DNA of 64,000 nt from Penicillus capitatus (lineage: Eukaryota > Plantae > Chlorophyta), in contig OZ287695.1 of assembly GCA_965649825.1 (NCBI GenBank), forward strand, positions 1 to 64,000, given 5' to 3'. The notes below the pieces were generated by a model, which saw only the letters and a program-made list of their open reading frames with translations, ran no database searches and was not told where the DNA came from. This document shows positions 47,236 to 59,950 of this stretch, in pieces. Made by a program: the position numbers and the translations under genes. How positions within the stretch are numbered: position 1 is the first letter of the stretch; each line of letters starts with the position of its first letter.

Positions 47236-48523
47236 ATGCTGCCTACAACCTCGACGATGTCTTACGACACCGATCCACTGTTACCCTGTCGAATGGAGGA
47301 CGTTGAACAGGTTACCGGGTCGGTCAAGTCTTCAACACTGTGCGCAACCAGTAGATATGTCGACGTTGTCCTCACCGTATCCGAGGAATCGATTTCAGGG
47401 AATTGGCAACAAGACTTCAGTAATGGAGCATGTGGTGTTAAGCGCGAGACACTTCTATCGAGATATACCCAGTAAAGAACGATTGATCCCAGACAGAACG
47501 AACGGGTGGATGCTTCATTCAGGGTGTTCTGGAATAACTACGTGTGCCTATCACTCTCGGCTGCTGTTGGGATTTCCATCTCGATGACTTTTTTCAAATT
47601 TCTTTCTGATCGAGTCCCTATCTTTCAGGGCCTCGCTGCGAGATCGGTCTTCTGCAGCGTCATGCTTGTGCTGCTGTGTCGGCAGCAGGGAATCTCCCTC
47701 TTTGAACCACAGAAGAAGCTCCATCTCCTGATTTTTCGTGGAGTATTAGGCGGTCTTTGCAACACAGGACTCTACGTCTCGTCAGCTTTGCTCCCTCTCT
47801 CAGAAGCAGCCTTCATGTCAAACAGTTTCCCAGGTAAGAGATCAAAAAATGACAAACGGTAATGGTTCTCTGTGTAGCGGTAACGGCCGTCTTCTCCTGG
47901 ATCTTGGGTCTTGAACAGTTGGGTTGGATATCATGGCTAGGCGTTCTAGGAACCATCGTTGGCAATGCATTGGTGGCACAGCCTTGTTTCCTCTTTGGAG
48001 GACACAAAGAATGGGACACCGAACGGCTCTTGGGTATCCTTGCTGCTGTTGCCGGTAATGTATGCATGGCAAGCGTATCGATTATTCTAAGGTGAGAACT
48101 CGCGCACTATGACTGGCTGAATATATGCATTTTGTTTTCAGATACATTGGCAAGGGTGTGAACAGCATGGTTCCAACCGCTTACATGCATATAAGCACTC
48201 TCATCATATCACTTCCGTTGATGGCCTGCAACGTAACTGGACCAGTGAATGCCAAACACTCGATACCTGTACTGATTTCGTACACTGTTGTTTGTGTTGC
48301 TGGCTTTGTTGGTCAGTTGATCCAGTCACGTGGTTTCCAAATAGGTCCTCCAGCCAAGACAACAACACTCCTGATGACCCACACGCTTCTTTCTGGACTC
48401 ATTGGAGTCATCTTTTTTTCTGAATCTGTTTCATGGCTCACTGGTTTCGGAGCAGCGGTGATTGTGATCTCCGCAATCTTGGTGACAGTCGCACATTCAG
48501 AAGATTCAGCAGTCGAAGAATAA
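47236..48523 (+). CDS. EamA/DMT-family transporter (SLC35G-like); introns 47834-47877 and 48092-48141; 5' end uncertain
   Basis: About ten hydrophobic segments with motifs LIFRG, LPLSEA...FPAVTA..SWILGLEQ and GQLIQSRGFQ. The two GT-AG introns (44 and 50 nt) join the frames. An in-frame TAA at 47473-47475 separates the upstream ATG (47236) from the TM region. Confidence 0.8.
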
Positions 48524-51045
48524 TACCAGCATGGAGAAATCACGAGAGAAACTAAGCAGCCGAATCAACTTTAGACTGGACTTTATTGGGAAATTTATTC
48601 AGTCTCCCATAGCTAAGCTAATCTAGCCGTTTCATTTTAATCGTACCTTTAACTAGCTGACGTTAGTTCTTTGTCGATATCCGTCCTCAGGGGGCGATAC
48701 CTTTTGAAAAAACGTCATGATTCTCCAGTGGATTGGTGCGAACGACTGCGCAGCCTCTCTCCCACGTGCTGCGCCCGACAGTCGCGTTCCCACCTCTTCT
48801 TGGATGAGCCGAATAGGATGGTCAACAAGAAGATCGATTCGCGGTGGTTGAGTGGCTAAACAGCACGATGAGCCAGCCCCCTCAGACGGTGTGGCTTAGA
48901 TCGCGTTTATAAGATGTAGTTAGGTTAAAAATACCGACGAATGGTTAAATCCAACGCAGAAACTCCTTTGAAGAAAACATCTACGATTTGTAAGTGTCTT
49001 ATCTCGATAACGGAGTCCATGAGATTGTTGTAAGAAATGTCCCGGCCTCATGCGCTTAATCCTTCAAGTTTTAGATTTCTACATTCAAGAAAATGATCTC
49101 TGTTTTCGGTCTTCTTGTGGCAAACGGAGCAACTTTGTGAACCTAAGTGGTTGATTTTGTGAAGAAATCTCTCTGTTTCAGGCGAGTTAACGAAAATAGA
49201 CGGGCCGACTCACTTCTCTATGCTTTAATTGCCGCGAATTTTCGTCGGCTGCGAGTCACGTGGAGAAATGCATGGCAATAATAACTCCTAAGTAAAGGCG
49301 CATATAAGAGAATTATCGCACTCAGATACACAGAATGCCAGATAACACCTCCCAAGACCCATGCAGAAACGCATGCCTGCCACTCAAACTTATGTCACGA
49401 CGGAGCATAGACTGGAAGTCATCGTCCACTGCCCTGACAACGTCTCGAAAAGACATAGCACAAGAGTGTCTTCACGACAAGAACTAGGCGTCTCTTCGCA
49501 ATGCGTTTCCTCTCCTCTCTTGCATTGTTTTGCAAAGACGTCACTGTTGTCGTCAATTTGCATTAGGGATGTTACACGAGGTAAGAACTCTTGAGCGATG
49601 ACATTGAAACTGCACATTTTTATGAAGGTGGTTCGAAGAGAAACCAAATAACCACAGCCTGATTCGCCTGTGCTTTTTTGGGAAGAGCCGCTGCATAAAT
49701 CATTGTGGAACTGAAGGTTTTTGCACAAATTATTGTTGTAGGTGCACGAAGAGATGAGACATGAAACTCGTCAATCAAAAGTTCTCTTAAAACACACGCC
49801 GTTAACAAATGCATCACTTAAAAGAATTGCAAATGAGGCATACGGAAGACTTCGTTCACTATTGCAAAACAAAAAAGCATCGCTCACAAATTCTATTCTC
49901 GTACTCATATGCCATGCGTCCCCGTAGTCACAGAGGATTTGTGAAAGGACCTGTCTACGACACATCGGTCGTCACATCCGAGGTCTTCCCTGTCGCATCG
50001 TCCATGACATCCTGAGGCACTGTGTTCAGCAATCTGTCAATTGCACCTTGAGAAGCCACGACGAATTCCCTGCCACGAACATTGTACGCTATGGAGAGTA
50101 CAGATAGGATTGAGACGCAACGTTGGATCTCGTTTTTCTTCTTGATTCCGCGAGGCGCGAAGAAGATATCTATCAAATTTCTCGACGGAGCGATTGACGT
50201 CTTTGAGCAGGGCATCCGATTCAGCCGATGTCTCTAACTTCTAACAAAGAAGAGCCTCATGTCGTGAAGAGTGACAGTCTCGAGGTGGATCCCACTCACT
50301 TCAGCATATTCTGCCACGGCTCTGGCGTTGAGTCGTAGAGTTGACAGGGATCCCTCTCTCAATAGACTCCTTGCTGCATCCAAGTCATTCCCTTAAACAC
50401 ACCAATCGAAGGGATGAGATGCAGATCGGCAACCGGTTTTGACAGAACCGGCGACTTTTCCTGCGCGCTCGAGTTCGGATTTTGCAGCAAGCAATGGCAA
50501 GACATAGACTTGCAACGGCTCCAATGGTCGTTTTTTGATGTACTGGTTAAGTCCCGAAGCGTCCTGTCCATTCGACATTCAGCAGGTCGCTGTCCTTTCT
50601 ATCGTGGAGAGAACGGCGTCAAAAGGAGATGCGAAGACAAAGAGGGGAAGAGACAAAAGAGCAGCACCGGAACGTACGAACTCTGCCCGCGTCATCTGGC
50701 TAATGTCCTTCCGGGCCGACGCAATCCTCTGCACCATTTCCATCTTTGACTTTAGATATGTCGTCTCGTGCTACACGTCCTTACCGAGGCGGTACGGTGT
50801 CGGCAGGCCGGTAAGTATGAAGATCGCCACGAAGGGAGCTGGACCAACGTTGAAGCCATAGCCCAGTGATACGGCGTATAATTTCCCAGTGGTCAGCGGG
50901 CAATCTGATGTGACCTTACTGAATTTCGTTGTTGCGATTGGACAACGATGTCAGAATTAGGAAACGGCTAAGAACCTCCTAAACTGCATTTAAGCCACGT
51001 GTCCTCCTTTCTTACTCTGTGATTTGCCTCGTCGTTTTCTGCAAC

Positions 51046-52222
51046 ATGGCGAAACGTTTGTGTTTTTTGGCTGCACTGCTTTTTCTGAACGGCGTGTTTT
51101 CGGAAACGAAGCTGCAGCCCCTTGATACCAAAGAAGTCAAACTCGAACCTTTCAGCGCTATCAACGATTGTCTGCCATTCAATGTCAAAGTCGAACCCAC
51201 CAAGGTCAGAGACGCGTATGGCCTGTCTATCGAGGGAGAAAAATCTCTGGTCAAAGCCATTAGCGCCAAAGTCCGCAACGGCGTATTGTCTCTGGGTCTG
51301 AAGCGCGAGTTCGAGACACAACGTATCATAAAAGTGACTGTTCAAGTTCCGAGAGATGTGCTGGACGCTATTGTGAAAACGTCAACATCGGTGCTCGTTG
51401 TCTCGCCCGGTTTGAAAACAAAGGGACTGACCATTATTACGTCCAGCGTGGCAGCCGTTCGCGTCTTCGATGCAGACATCGATGATTTGGTGGTTGAGGC
51501 GAACGGTTCCAGCATCGTTTTCGCAGAAGGAAAAATAAAACAGGCACGAGTGGATGTTGACGGAACTGCCAAGACATATGTCTATGGCGTCACCAAAAAT
51601 GCAGAGGTGTTTGCCGAGAGCATTGGACACATCTACATCCGAGCAGACAACAAGAATGTCAAAGTCGATGGACGTGTGGAGGGATTGGGTCGTGTCTATC
51701 TCACTAAAGGCAGCTGTTCCGTCGACGGCGTACGTCTTACCTAAGAATCCGCATTCAATGATGCCTATGATGTGTATGTAGACATTCTTCAGATCTGGCT
51801 GCCATACGTTGGTGGAAAACAGTCTGCCGGCATTCGAGGCGACATACAGCTGCGGATTGGTGGTGAATGGAAAGATTTCGTGTAACAACAATGGCACCAG
51901 TTCCACATACACGTCATCCAGAGTGGACCACCAAGCAATGGGATCTTCCTTCGTTTCGTCCTCTTCTTCTTCCAAGTCATCCGGATCGAGCACCGTGCAA
52001 ACGAGCAGTACTGTGAGTTCGAGCAGCAAGACATCGTTTGCCAGTTCTGGCGGAGGGAAGACGAGCACATCAACCTCTACCACTACCAGCAGTTCCACCT
52101 CTGTTGGTGGCGATCATCATTTTGAGAGCGTCGTCTCTACAGCGGGAGACGATGCGGAGTCTGTGGCAGTGGCAGCGACGATGTGTCTCGATGAAGACAT
52201 TCAAATGTTTAAACAGACCTAG
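51046..52222 (+). CDS. Secreted protein with a GIN (DUF2807, putative autotransporter adhesin head) domain and Ser/Thr-rich tail: join(51046..51729,51782..52222)
   Basis: Signal peptide MAKRLCFLAALLFLNGVFS; FSAINDCLPFNVKV...LSIEGEKSLVKAISAKVRNGVLSL is the DUF2807 start pattern; a 52-nt GT-AG intron keeps the frame. Confidence 0.75.
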
Positions 52223-53099
52223 ATAGAGCGACCTACCTCCACAATCGTACTATTTCTATGATTACTGTTATATCAGAACATTCTCCCTTTCATCACGCAT
52301 TCTTCAGCAGTTCTTGTAACCGACCACGCGTGGACGAATCTTGAATGAGGAGTGTTCTCCACTTGAACGCATGTATCGTCATAGCTGTTTGTTGTTTATC
52401 CTGTCCCATTAATTAACATCTTTGGACCATTCGTACAGTTCGTATTCGTGAACATCTGGCAGTGGATGGTCCGAAAGATTTCGGTTCTCGCCAAACTCCG
52501 ACTGCGTTGGTTGGAATGGCTGCATATGCGCCAATCCCCTTTCCACTCTCACCATATCTTCGTGCACTACAGCGTTGCTTGATCGCGGATCCACCATCTG
52601 TTGAAGATGTTGCGACGCATCCAGTGGCAACTTGAACTTCGAAACATGCATTCGCCTTGTTTGGAGGAATCTTGATGGTCGTCTGTATGTACAGTGTGTG
52701 TGTCACAAGGAGGAGGAACACCTGAAAGTGGCATCGGCGTCCATGTCATGTGTCTATTTGACACTTTGATGCATGCTGAACAACAAGAAATATATATATG
52801 TAGTTCTGCCGTTCTCGTTGAACGTGACGCGACGTTTGTATGTACAAACCTCCTTTTGTAGATGCCGACGGCGAATTGAAACAGTTCGTGTGTGTTCGCG
52901 ATGTGACACTCGCATTTTAAACCCACAGGCGACTGTCTCATTAAAATGGAGTAATGTTACTCGAACATCAACCGACGACGACTTGTCGCACTCGCCTTTA
53001 TCCTCGTAATTGAATCGGGAAAACAAACAGGAAGTTTTAAGCATCAAGCTTCTGAAGTCAATGAAATAGATCTACTTTCGGACAAGAAGACCATTAAAT

Positions 53100-56000
53100 C
53101 TAGATGGTGCTAGTGGGGAGCAAGCTCTTCGTCGATTCTGAGCCGACAGCTTCCACCGCCACCGTATTGCGTCCGGAAGGCGATAACTTCGCCATGATCT
53201 TTCCGCTCAGGTTTCGCACTCTCTCCGTTTTGTGTCGAACATAAGCTTTCAGAACAGCGGCGACAACGCCGTTTCCCACGTCAACACCTTCGCAAAGAAG
53301 AGTGTGCTTGATTTCAGTGTATTTGTTGGTCAAAAGATGGTAACCGAAGATCGAGAAGGCGATCAGGTTACTCGCAAACACAAAGAGCACCTCAGTAAAC
53401 TTGACGAGTTCAGATGTCGTGTGAGGGTCAGTGAGAATGACACCCGACATGACTGTTGTTCCACAGACGAAGAGACTGAGCCCTTCGAGAAAATTCAAAG
53501 GTCCGGCATTTGTCTGGTAAGGTAGGAAAACGAAGTGAAGGAACATCGAACAGACAAAAATAGCAGTCAACAAAGTTGCCTGAAGCGCAACATCAAACTT
53601 GTAAGCAAACACAACAACTGCGGCAATTAAAGCTTTCCTGAGCAAAATAGTACAGTCCCAAAAAGCAAACTCGGTTTTGAAGCCATTCATAAGCATCCCG
53701 AGCGTCGACTGGATCCAGTCGGATCGCAAATTGCCTTTTTTATTTGCGATCGCCATCAAGACGGCCAACACAAGTGGATACACAATAACGAACACGAGAA
53801 GCGGAACGGCAACGACATAGGCAAGAACTCTGTGGCTGCCAGCATAACATGTGACAGACGTATCCGCAACCCAATAGGAATGAGGAGTATTGATGCCTTC
53901 AAGCGTGACTTCATCGAAAACATCAATGCAGTAGAAGACGTTAATGGCCGTCTCGGCCAGAGAGAGATAGGAAACGTACAGAACAGAGACGGCAGTCAAG
54001 ATGCACCTTTTGACGAAGAACTTCCAGGGCATGCGTCGGCTGACAGTCCTGATAGCCCAGAAAGAACAGATGACGGCAGTAACGGAAAGTGGGACGATCA
54101 CTGTGAGGGCAGTTTGTATGATGGACCCAGGAGTCGACCCACGAGCAGGAAGCAAGCATTCAAACGAGAACGTAGATACTTCAGACATGGTGCCACTGAT
54201 CCAATCTGCACACAGCGCGAAATGCGTCAATGACTCGTAAGGGCGTGTTTGCTCTTACTCCATGTCGTTAGCAGCTGAATGATGTATGTTGACCATTTGA
54301 ATTTTATCGACATCGCCGCAGAGATCGACTGCAGGAAATTCAGCATGATCTGCAGTGAAAGCTCGACATCTGATAATCAGAAGGAGGACTGATGCTTACC
54401 TGAAGCACAAGAACAAACCGCTCCTTCGCTTTCTGTGCCACTTCGACGTGTTCCTGATCGGCCTCTGCTCGGTTGATTACTTCAAGGATGGCTGCCTCTG
54501 TCGGCGTCGTTCGAAGCCGTTCCAGGCGGCTTACCCATCTCGATCTGACATTCTCTAGATTTCCGCCGATCTGTTCTGTGGAAGAATACGTCAGAAGAAC
54601 CATTGCGGCGGCGATGGCGAGCACAATCACAAAACGATTTCGACATTTCCGACACCGACTCAGTCCGATCTTTGCGTGGCCCTCTTCACAAGCTCCACAG
54701 AGAACACCTTCGTAGCCATCTTCGCACATGGCCGCTCGATAATTCTCGATCGCTTTATCTGAGAAGTCGCACGTGTCTCTCTTGTCTTCATCAACACGCA
54801 GACCTTTCTCACGGTAATTATCTTCGTCCATTCCAAGACAAGCATCTTTATACAAGCAGCGATAAATCTTATGCGAGCACGGAAAGGCGTTCCAGTTTCC
54901 GGGATCAGGAAATACATGTATTCCGGTGCAGTTGGCACTTGCTGGACAGATTGTGCAACTTCCATCTGTAGGGTTGAAGTTGTAGTGTCTTTGATCGCAT
55001 TCGATGCACTCCTTGTTGTCGTCTCGTCCGTATTCATTGATCACACACTCGCGAGCAGTGACTGTTAATGTGATGTCTCTATCTGAAACTCCATGTACTC
55101 CCAGCTTCGCAGAATAGTTTCCAGGTTCCACGAGAGGCGAACCCAACACAAGGTTTCCCTTTCCGTCTGTCAAATCACACACCAGATCATTCTGAAACAA
55201 CGAGTCTTCCGAGTGTAAGAGCGCCGTAATAGGAAAACCGTATGAGGTAACAGGAGGTTGACCTGGCGAAAGAGACACGGCCTCTGCGCTGGGCGACCGT
55301 GTTCGAGCCAATCTTTGTCCAAAGGAGTCGTACACCACGATCTCCATCAAGGGTAACTCATCGCCACTCTTCCAGGCTCCAAGGTCGCCGCTGTCTCCTT
55401 CAGCCAGAGAATGGTTCGTCTCGTTTTGAAAAGATATCGTGGCGAAGAATCCTGTTGAAGGAGTGGCAATGTTCGGTCCATAACCACCATCCTTCACTGT
55501 GTTGCCTTCCATATGTTCGCATTCTGCTGCAGGCAAGGAAGAGATCTTCGAGTAGACTGCGCTGGAAGACGTATTCACAGCCATAGTGCATTTCATTCTG
55601 AAATGATCGATATAGTCCGGGTATTGAATGAAAACTGCACCGCCAGCTATCTCGGCATGATTCTCAGAAAACGTCATGATTCCTATGCCCAGATCCTTCG
55701 GAAAGTTACGCATTGCTTCCTTTGGCATCTCAACATTGTTCTTATCGTCGGGTTTAACGGTTTTTTCCCCTGTGTCTATGAACAATCCTCCTGCAAAGAG
55801 AACACGTTATTGTCATCCGTTGCTAAGCAGGGATTAGCTTCTAACCTCCATAGGCTGCTCTGTTCTCCACAAATGACAACCAACCAAGAAACATGTACTG
55901 AAGATAATGACCTGTCGGTCCTGGCATTTTCATCAATGCGACAGCTCCTCCGTACAGAGTTGCGTTGTTTCTGACGAAGGAGCATTCATGAAGGTAGAAA

Positions 56001-58665
56001 ATTGTTGATTCGCTCGAGCTGATGGCCCCTCCAATCATCGCCGTGTTCTCCAGGAAAGTCACATTCCTCACCCTGGCTTTATGGACAAATGATCTACCAT
56101 CATCCACGCGCAGGGCACCGCCAAAAGATTGGGCACTGTTCCCATGGAACGTGCTGTTTGCAACCCACACTTTTTGGTAACTACCGACAAACAATCCTCC
56201 AGCCGTCTCCGCTTTGTTCTTCCGGAACGTGCAAAACTCCACGTTCATTCTATCGCTACCCCCTATGTACAAGCCTCCAGAAGTGTGTTCGGAACTATTC
56301 TCAATGAACGAGGAATTCCGGATCATCACGTGCATGCAATTAAGGATATAGAACGCTCCATTGGCCCTCCCACTGTTCTTCTGAAAGGTGCAGGATTCGA
56401 CCAAAAGTTTCGACCTGTCGCTTTGTGGCTCATATCGCACTGCAGCGCCAACATCTCCAGTGTTGTTGTAGAAGACAGATGTTTTAATCACCACAGAGTG
56501 GACTGTGTGAAAAAGAAACGCGCCACTTCTGGGAGCATAAAGTACGCGACCAGAAATGCTCTCCGGGTGCATATAGTTGTTCAATATCTGGCAATCATGC
56601 GCTTCAAAAGAATCCGCATTATCAACAAACAGACCAAAGCCTTCAAGATGGGCAGTGTTGTCAGTGAAATTACTGCGCTCCACACGGACGCTTTTTGCCC
56701 CAACAATGTAGACATTCTTCACATCACCGGAGTTTCCTCGAAAAAGAGAATCGGCGATTCTCAGATCGCTGCGTTTTCCCATGGTGTCGTTAAACAGAAT
56801 CACACGTCCCGTGCCGACACCAATATTCTCTAAGAATCTCGATTTCGAGATAAGGAAGTCGCCACCGCAATTAACAAAGTGCATCTCAGGCAGCTCAAGC
56901 GGGAAATGATTCTTATAAAAAGTGCAGTTCGTCATCGTAAACTCCACATGTTCACTTGATCTCATGAGTAAACTTCCACCGACAAAGTATTGAAAAAAAT
57001 CTAGGATATACCTGGATATGTACCACTTGATCTCATTTAATGAAAACGTAGTTGAATGCAATAACACGCGTCCGCTGTCGAATCCTGAAATCAGAAGTTG
57101 GATACCAAGGTGTTGCGCACTGAAAGAAGGGACTTCCCCGTTTCTCGAAAAGCGGGTGTTGGAAATATTCAATAGTGGATCTCGGTCATCGCATGTTCCA
57201 CTGACAAAAACAACGGAACCATTCGTCGCAGTGTTTCCCTCAAAGTTGGATGAGTGTATCTGCAACTCTCCGACATGAGTGGCGGCAACAAAAAACCCGG
57301 AATCGATCGTGTTATTGACGAAGCGCACGCGATCCAGTGTCCCATTGGACCCTTGGTACAAGGAGAAGCCCGAGCTTTGGTCTCTGTACTCGTTAGACTG
57401 GAACGAAACGCCACTGAGGTGGACTGCGCTTTCATAGGCGATGATCATCGCACTTCCTGCTATGTCAAGAACGTTGTGATGAAAACTCGATCTGCCTTCC
57501 ATCGTCAGTCTTGCCTCTTCGACGGATATCAGTTCCCCTTTATTCTTCTCGGCTATGACATTCACCAGTGTCGCTGTCGATGACTTGGGGAAACGAAAAA
57601 GAGCATAGAGAGCTGGATTCTCCGCAAAACGAAGTGAATTCTGCATGTGCCTAAGAACAAAGCGGATCGATAAAAGCTTCAGTGGCGACCTTTCCAACTC
57701 ACTTCTGACCCTCTTGCTGTTTCATGGTGTATTGGCTGGTCACATCCTGACCATCATTCGCGGATCCTGACCAGATCTGGACGTTCTCCGATAGGTGTAT
57801 GTTTTTGAGCTCGTTCTTCTGGCCAAACAATGAGCCGTGAAGAAATCTATTTGCACTGAATACGACGCCGTCCATAGAGACGGAGACGCAGCTTTGATTG
57901 CGGACAGAGAATCCAACGGAACCACCGAGATTCGTGTTGTTGACAAATTCGACGTTTGACAGCTCGAAGACAAAGGCTTCATCTGAGGCTGCGTCGCACT
58001 TGACGTCGATGATGCTGTCGACGGAATCGTCCTCGACGAACGAGCAGTCTCGGATGACAATATCTTCCAAGACGACGCTCGCGTTCCTAGACACGCCAAG
58101 TCCGCTGGCTGTGTGTTGCCTTGCGTGGAATACGCACTCGATGAGCAAAAGCCTGTCGTTCGAAGGACATGTCAACGTCGTTCTCGTGTCATCCTCTGTC
58201 TCCGTCCTTGCCTCGTCTGACTGGCCATGTCGAATCGTGAGTCGCTTTGTTATGGTGAGTGGCTTCGGCGGTCGAACAGTGCTAGAAGCGCTTATCCAAA
58301 TGACATCTCCGTCTTTTGCGCAGTCGATTGCGTCTTGCAAACCATATTCGTCGAGGAATGCATCGGCGACGTGCCATGTAGTCCTCGCGCCACCAGCTAC
58401 TTGATCGTCATTCGGTTGCAGCAAACTACATGCGGTGCCTAGAAACCAAATAAATCAGAAAACGCTCTCGTTCTCATGCAAAACGCGGCAAAGCTGATGT
58501 CGCCTTCGCGCATGGATTCTAGCGCGTTCAGCGTCGTAGCATCAAACAAGAGCAAGCGAGGTTCTTGTGCTGACCTTGCGAATCTCTTTCTTCCATCGTC
58601 AAAACGGCGACAAGACAGAGTGCCACGACGAAGCATTTGAAGACATTTGCACTACGTCGTGGCAT
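53100..58665 (-). CDS. 1739-aa membrane protein with right-handed beta-helix/POMP-type repeats, CxxC ephrin-receptor-like repeats and a multi-TM C-terminus: complement join(58665-58575, 58438-57703, 57650-55846, 55790-54400, 54349-54259, 54205-53100)
   Basis: Signal peptide; repeated FxxN..GGA(I/L/V) motifs (FHGNSAQSFGGAL, FLENTAMIGGAI, FVRNNATLYGGAV, FSENHAEIAGGAV); CIECDQ, CTICP and CGACEEG. Five GT-AG introns (136, 52, 55, 50, 53 nt) give a 5220-nt open frame. Confidence 0.85.
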
Positions 58666-59950
58666 GTTTCCCAAACCGGACAGCACGTTCGAAAACGTGC
58701 AAGGCAAAACAAAGCGCGCAAAAGAAGACATATGAGACTATGCTGCCACGTCGAGTTCGCTCGTATTTATACCCTCAGACGCGGCTTTTACCGATCACAG
58801 GGACTGCATGACAGCGCTGATACCAAATGAAGAAGGTGGTTGTCTGATCAATCGAATTTGAGACGCGGTACGGACAACTTTTTGCCTAGGACAGCACCAC
58901 AGTAGGGTCGCCGCCAGAGGTTCTTTGACACGAACAGCGAACAAGGTTCTCTTCGCGTTCCTTCCTCCGTTACGATCTTCTGCCGAAGAGATGAAGAAGA
59001 CGCGAACGAAACGACGGCCGCCTTTATGTGGCTGTAAACGATTGATGTCCATTCGACCACCATTCCTGTTCAGTCTTTCCATGTCCACCATATCCCTTGA
59101 AGTCTTTTATCAATTGCAGTGTCCACTGCAAAGAACTTGTCTGCTTCGGTCAAATACGATGCATTGATTCTGTCTGGACAGTAGGAGCTGTGACATTTGC
59201 TTTCGTTTGAATGGCGATTTTCTGTTGATTTTTCAAGGCTTAATGGCTTCCTCAATAGGCAGCGGACACGGAACTGCCTACTTGTTGATCAAAAACCTTC
59301 CAAGAACGCATCAGCTCAGCTCCTGTCGATCCGCTGCTTCCACCCATGAGAAAAGAAAGCAGCAAGCCGAGCAGACTGTATGGCGCATCCAATGATATCC
59401 ATCGCTAACAGCAGCCATCTATGTTCAAGTATAACAAGCGGGAGCACCCAACGACATGATCTTTGTCACTCGTTCTTCATTCTAATTCATGCCCGAGCGA
59501 CTGATGATCGTCTCATTTTGAGCCTATCGGTCATTGGCCAACATCCATTCTCCTTTTTTCCCGCAGTAGTGCACAGTGGGCAAGTGTCATCTCAGGAGAC
59601 TTGTTGACAACCAAGTTCTAGCAAAGCGTGCCCGTCAGTTCCTCCTGTGTATTCCTTCATCGCGCGTAAGATGTATACTACCTGGCCAGTAATTAGTGGT
59701 TCTGTTGAATAAGAAACCAAGAGTGCCGTGAACAATCAGGCCAAAGAGCACATGTCTTTGTCAAGACGGCTGTCGAGATGGGATGATGAAGGCAAGTAAT
59801 GAAGATCATTACTGAACATCGTCCCGTGCTCAGCACGGTGGTAACATCACATCATGCGTATAAGTAAAAAGAGATTCGATTAGATTTGTAACTTCTGCGC
59901 ACGAACTTTCTTTTAAGAACTTTACTGCGTCTTCTGAAGCAACGTTTAAC

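Noticed and set aside
47473-47475. Possible TAA/TAG=Gln alternative nuclear code (as in some ulvophytes)
   Set aside because: The intact genes are open for thousands of codons under the standard code and end in TAA/TAG.
49390-50861. Protein-like ORF fragments, including an EEP-like SFNVIAQ motif
   Set aside because: No further supporting motifs and no consistent exon chain.
52409-52941. Possible small spliced minus-strand gene between the GIN and POMP genes
   Set aside because: No start or family could be established.
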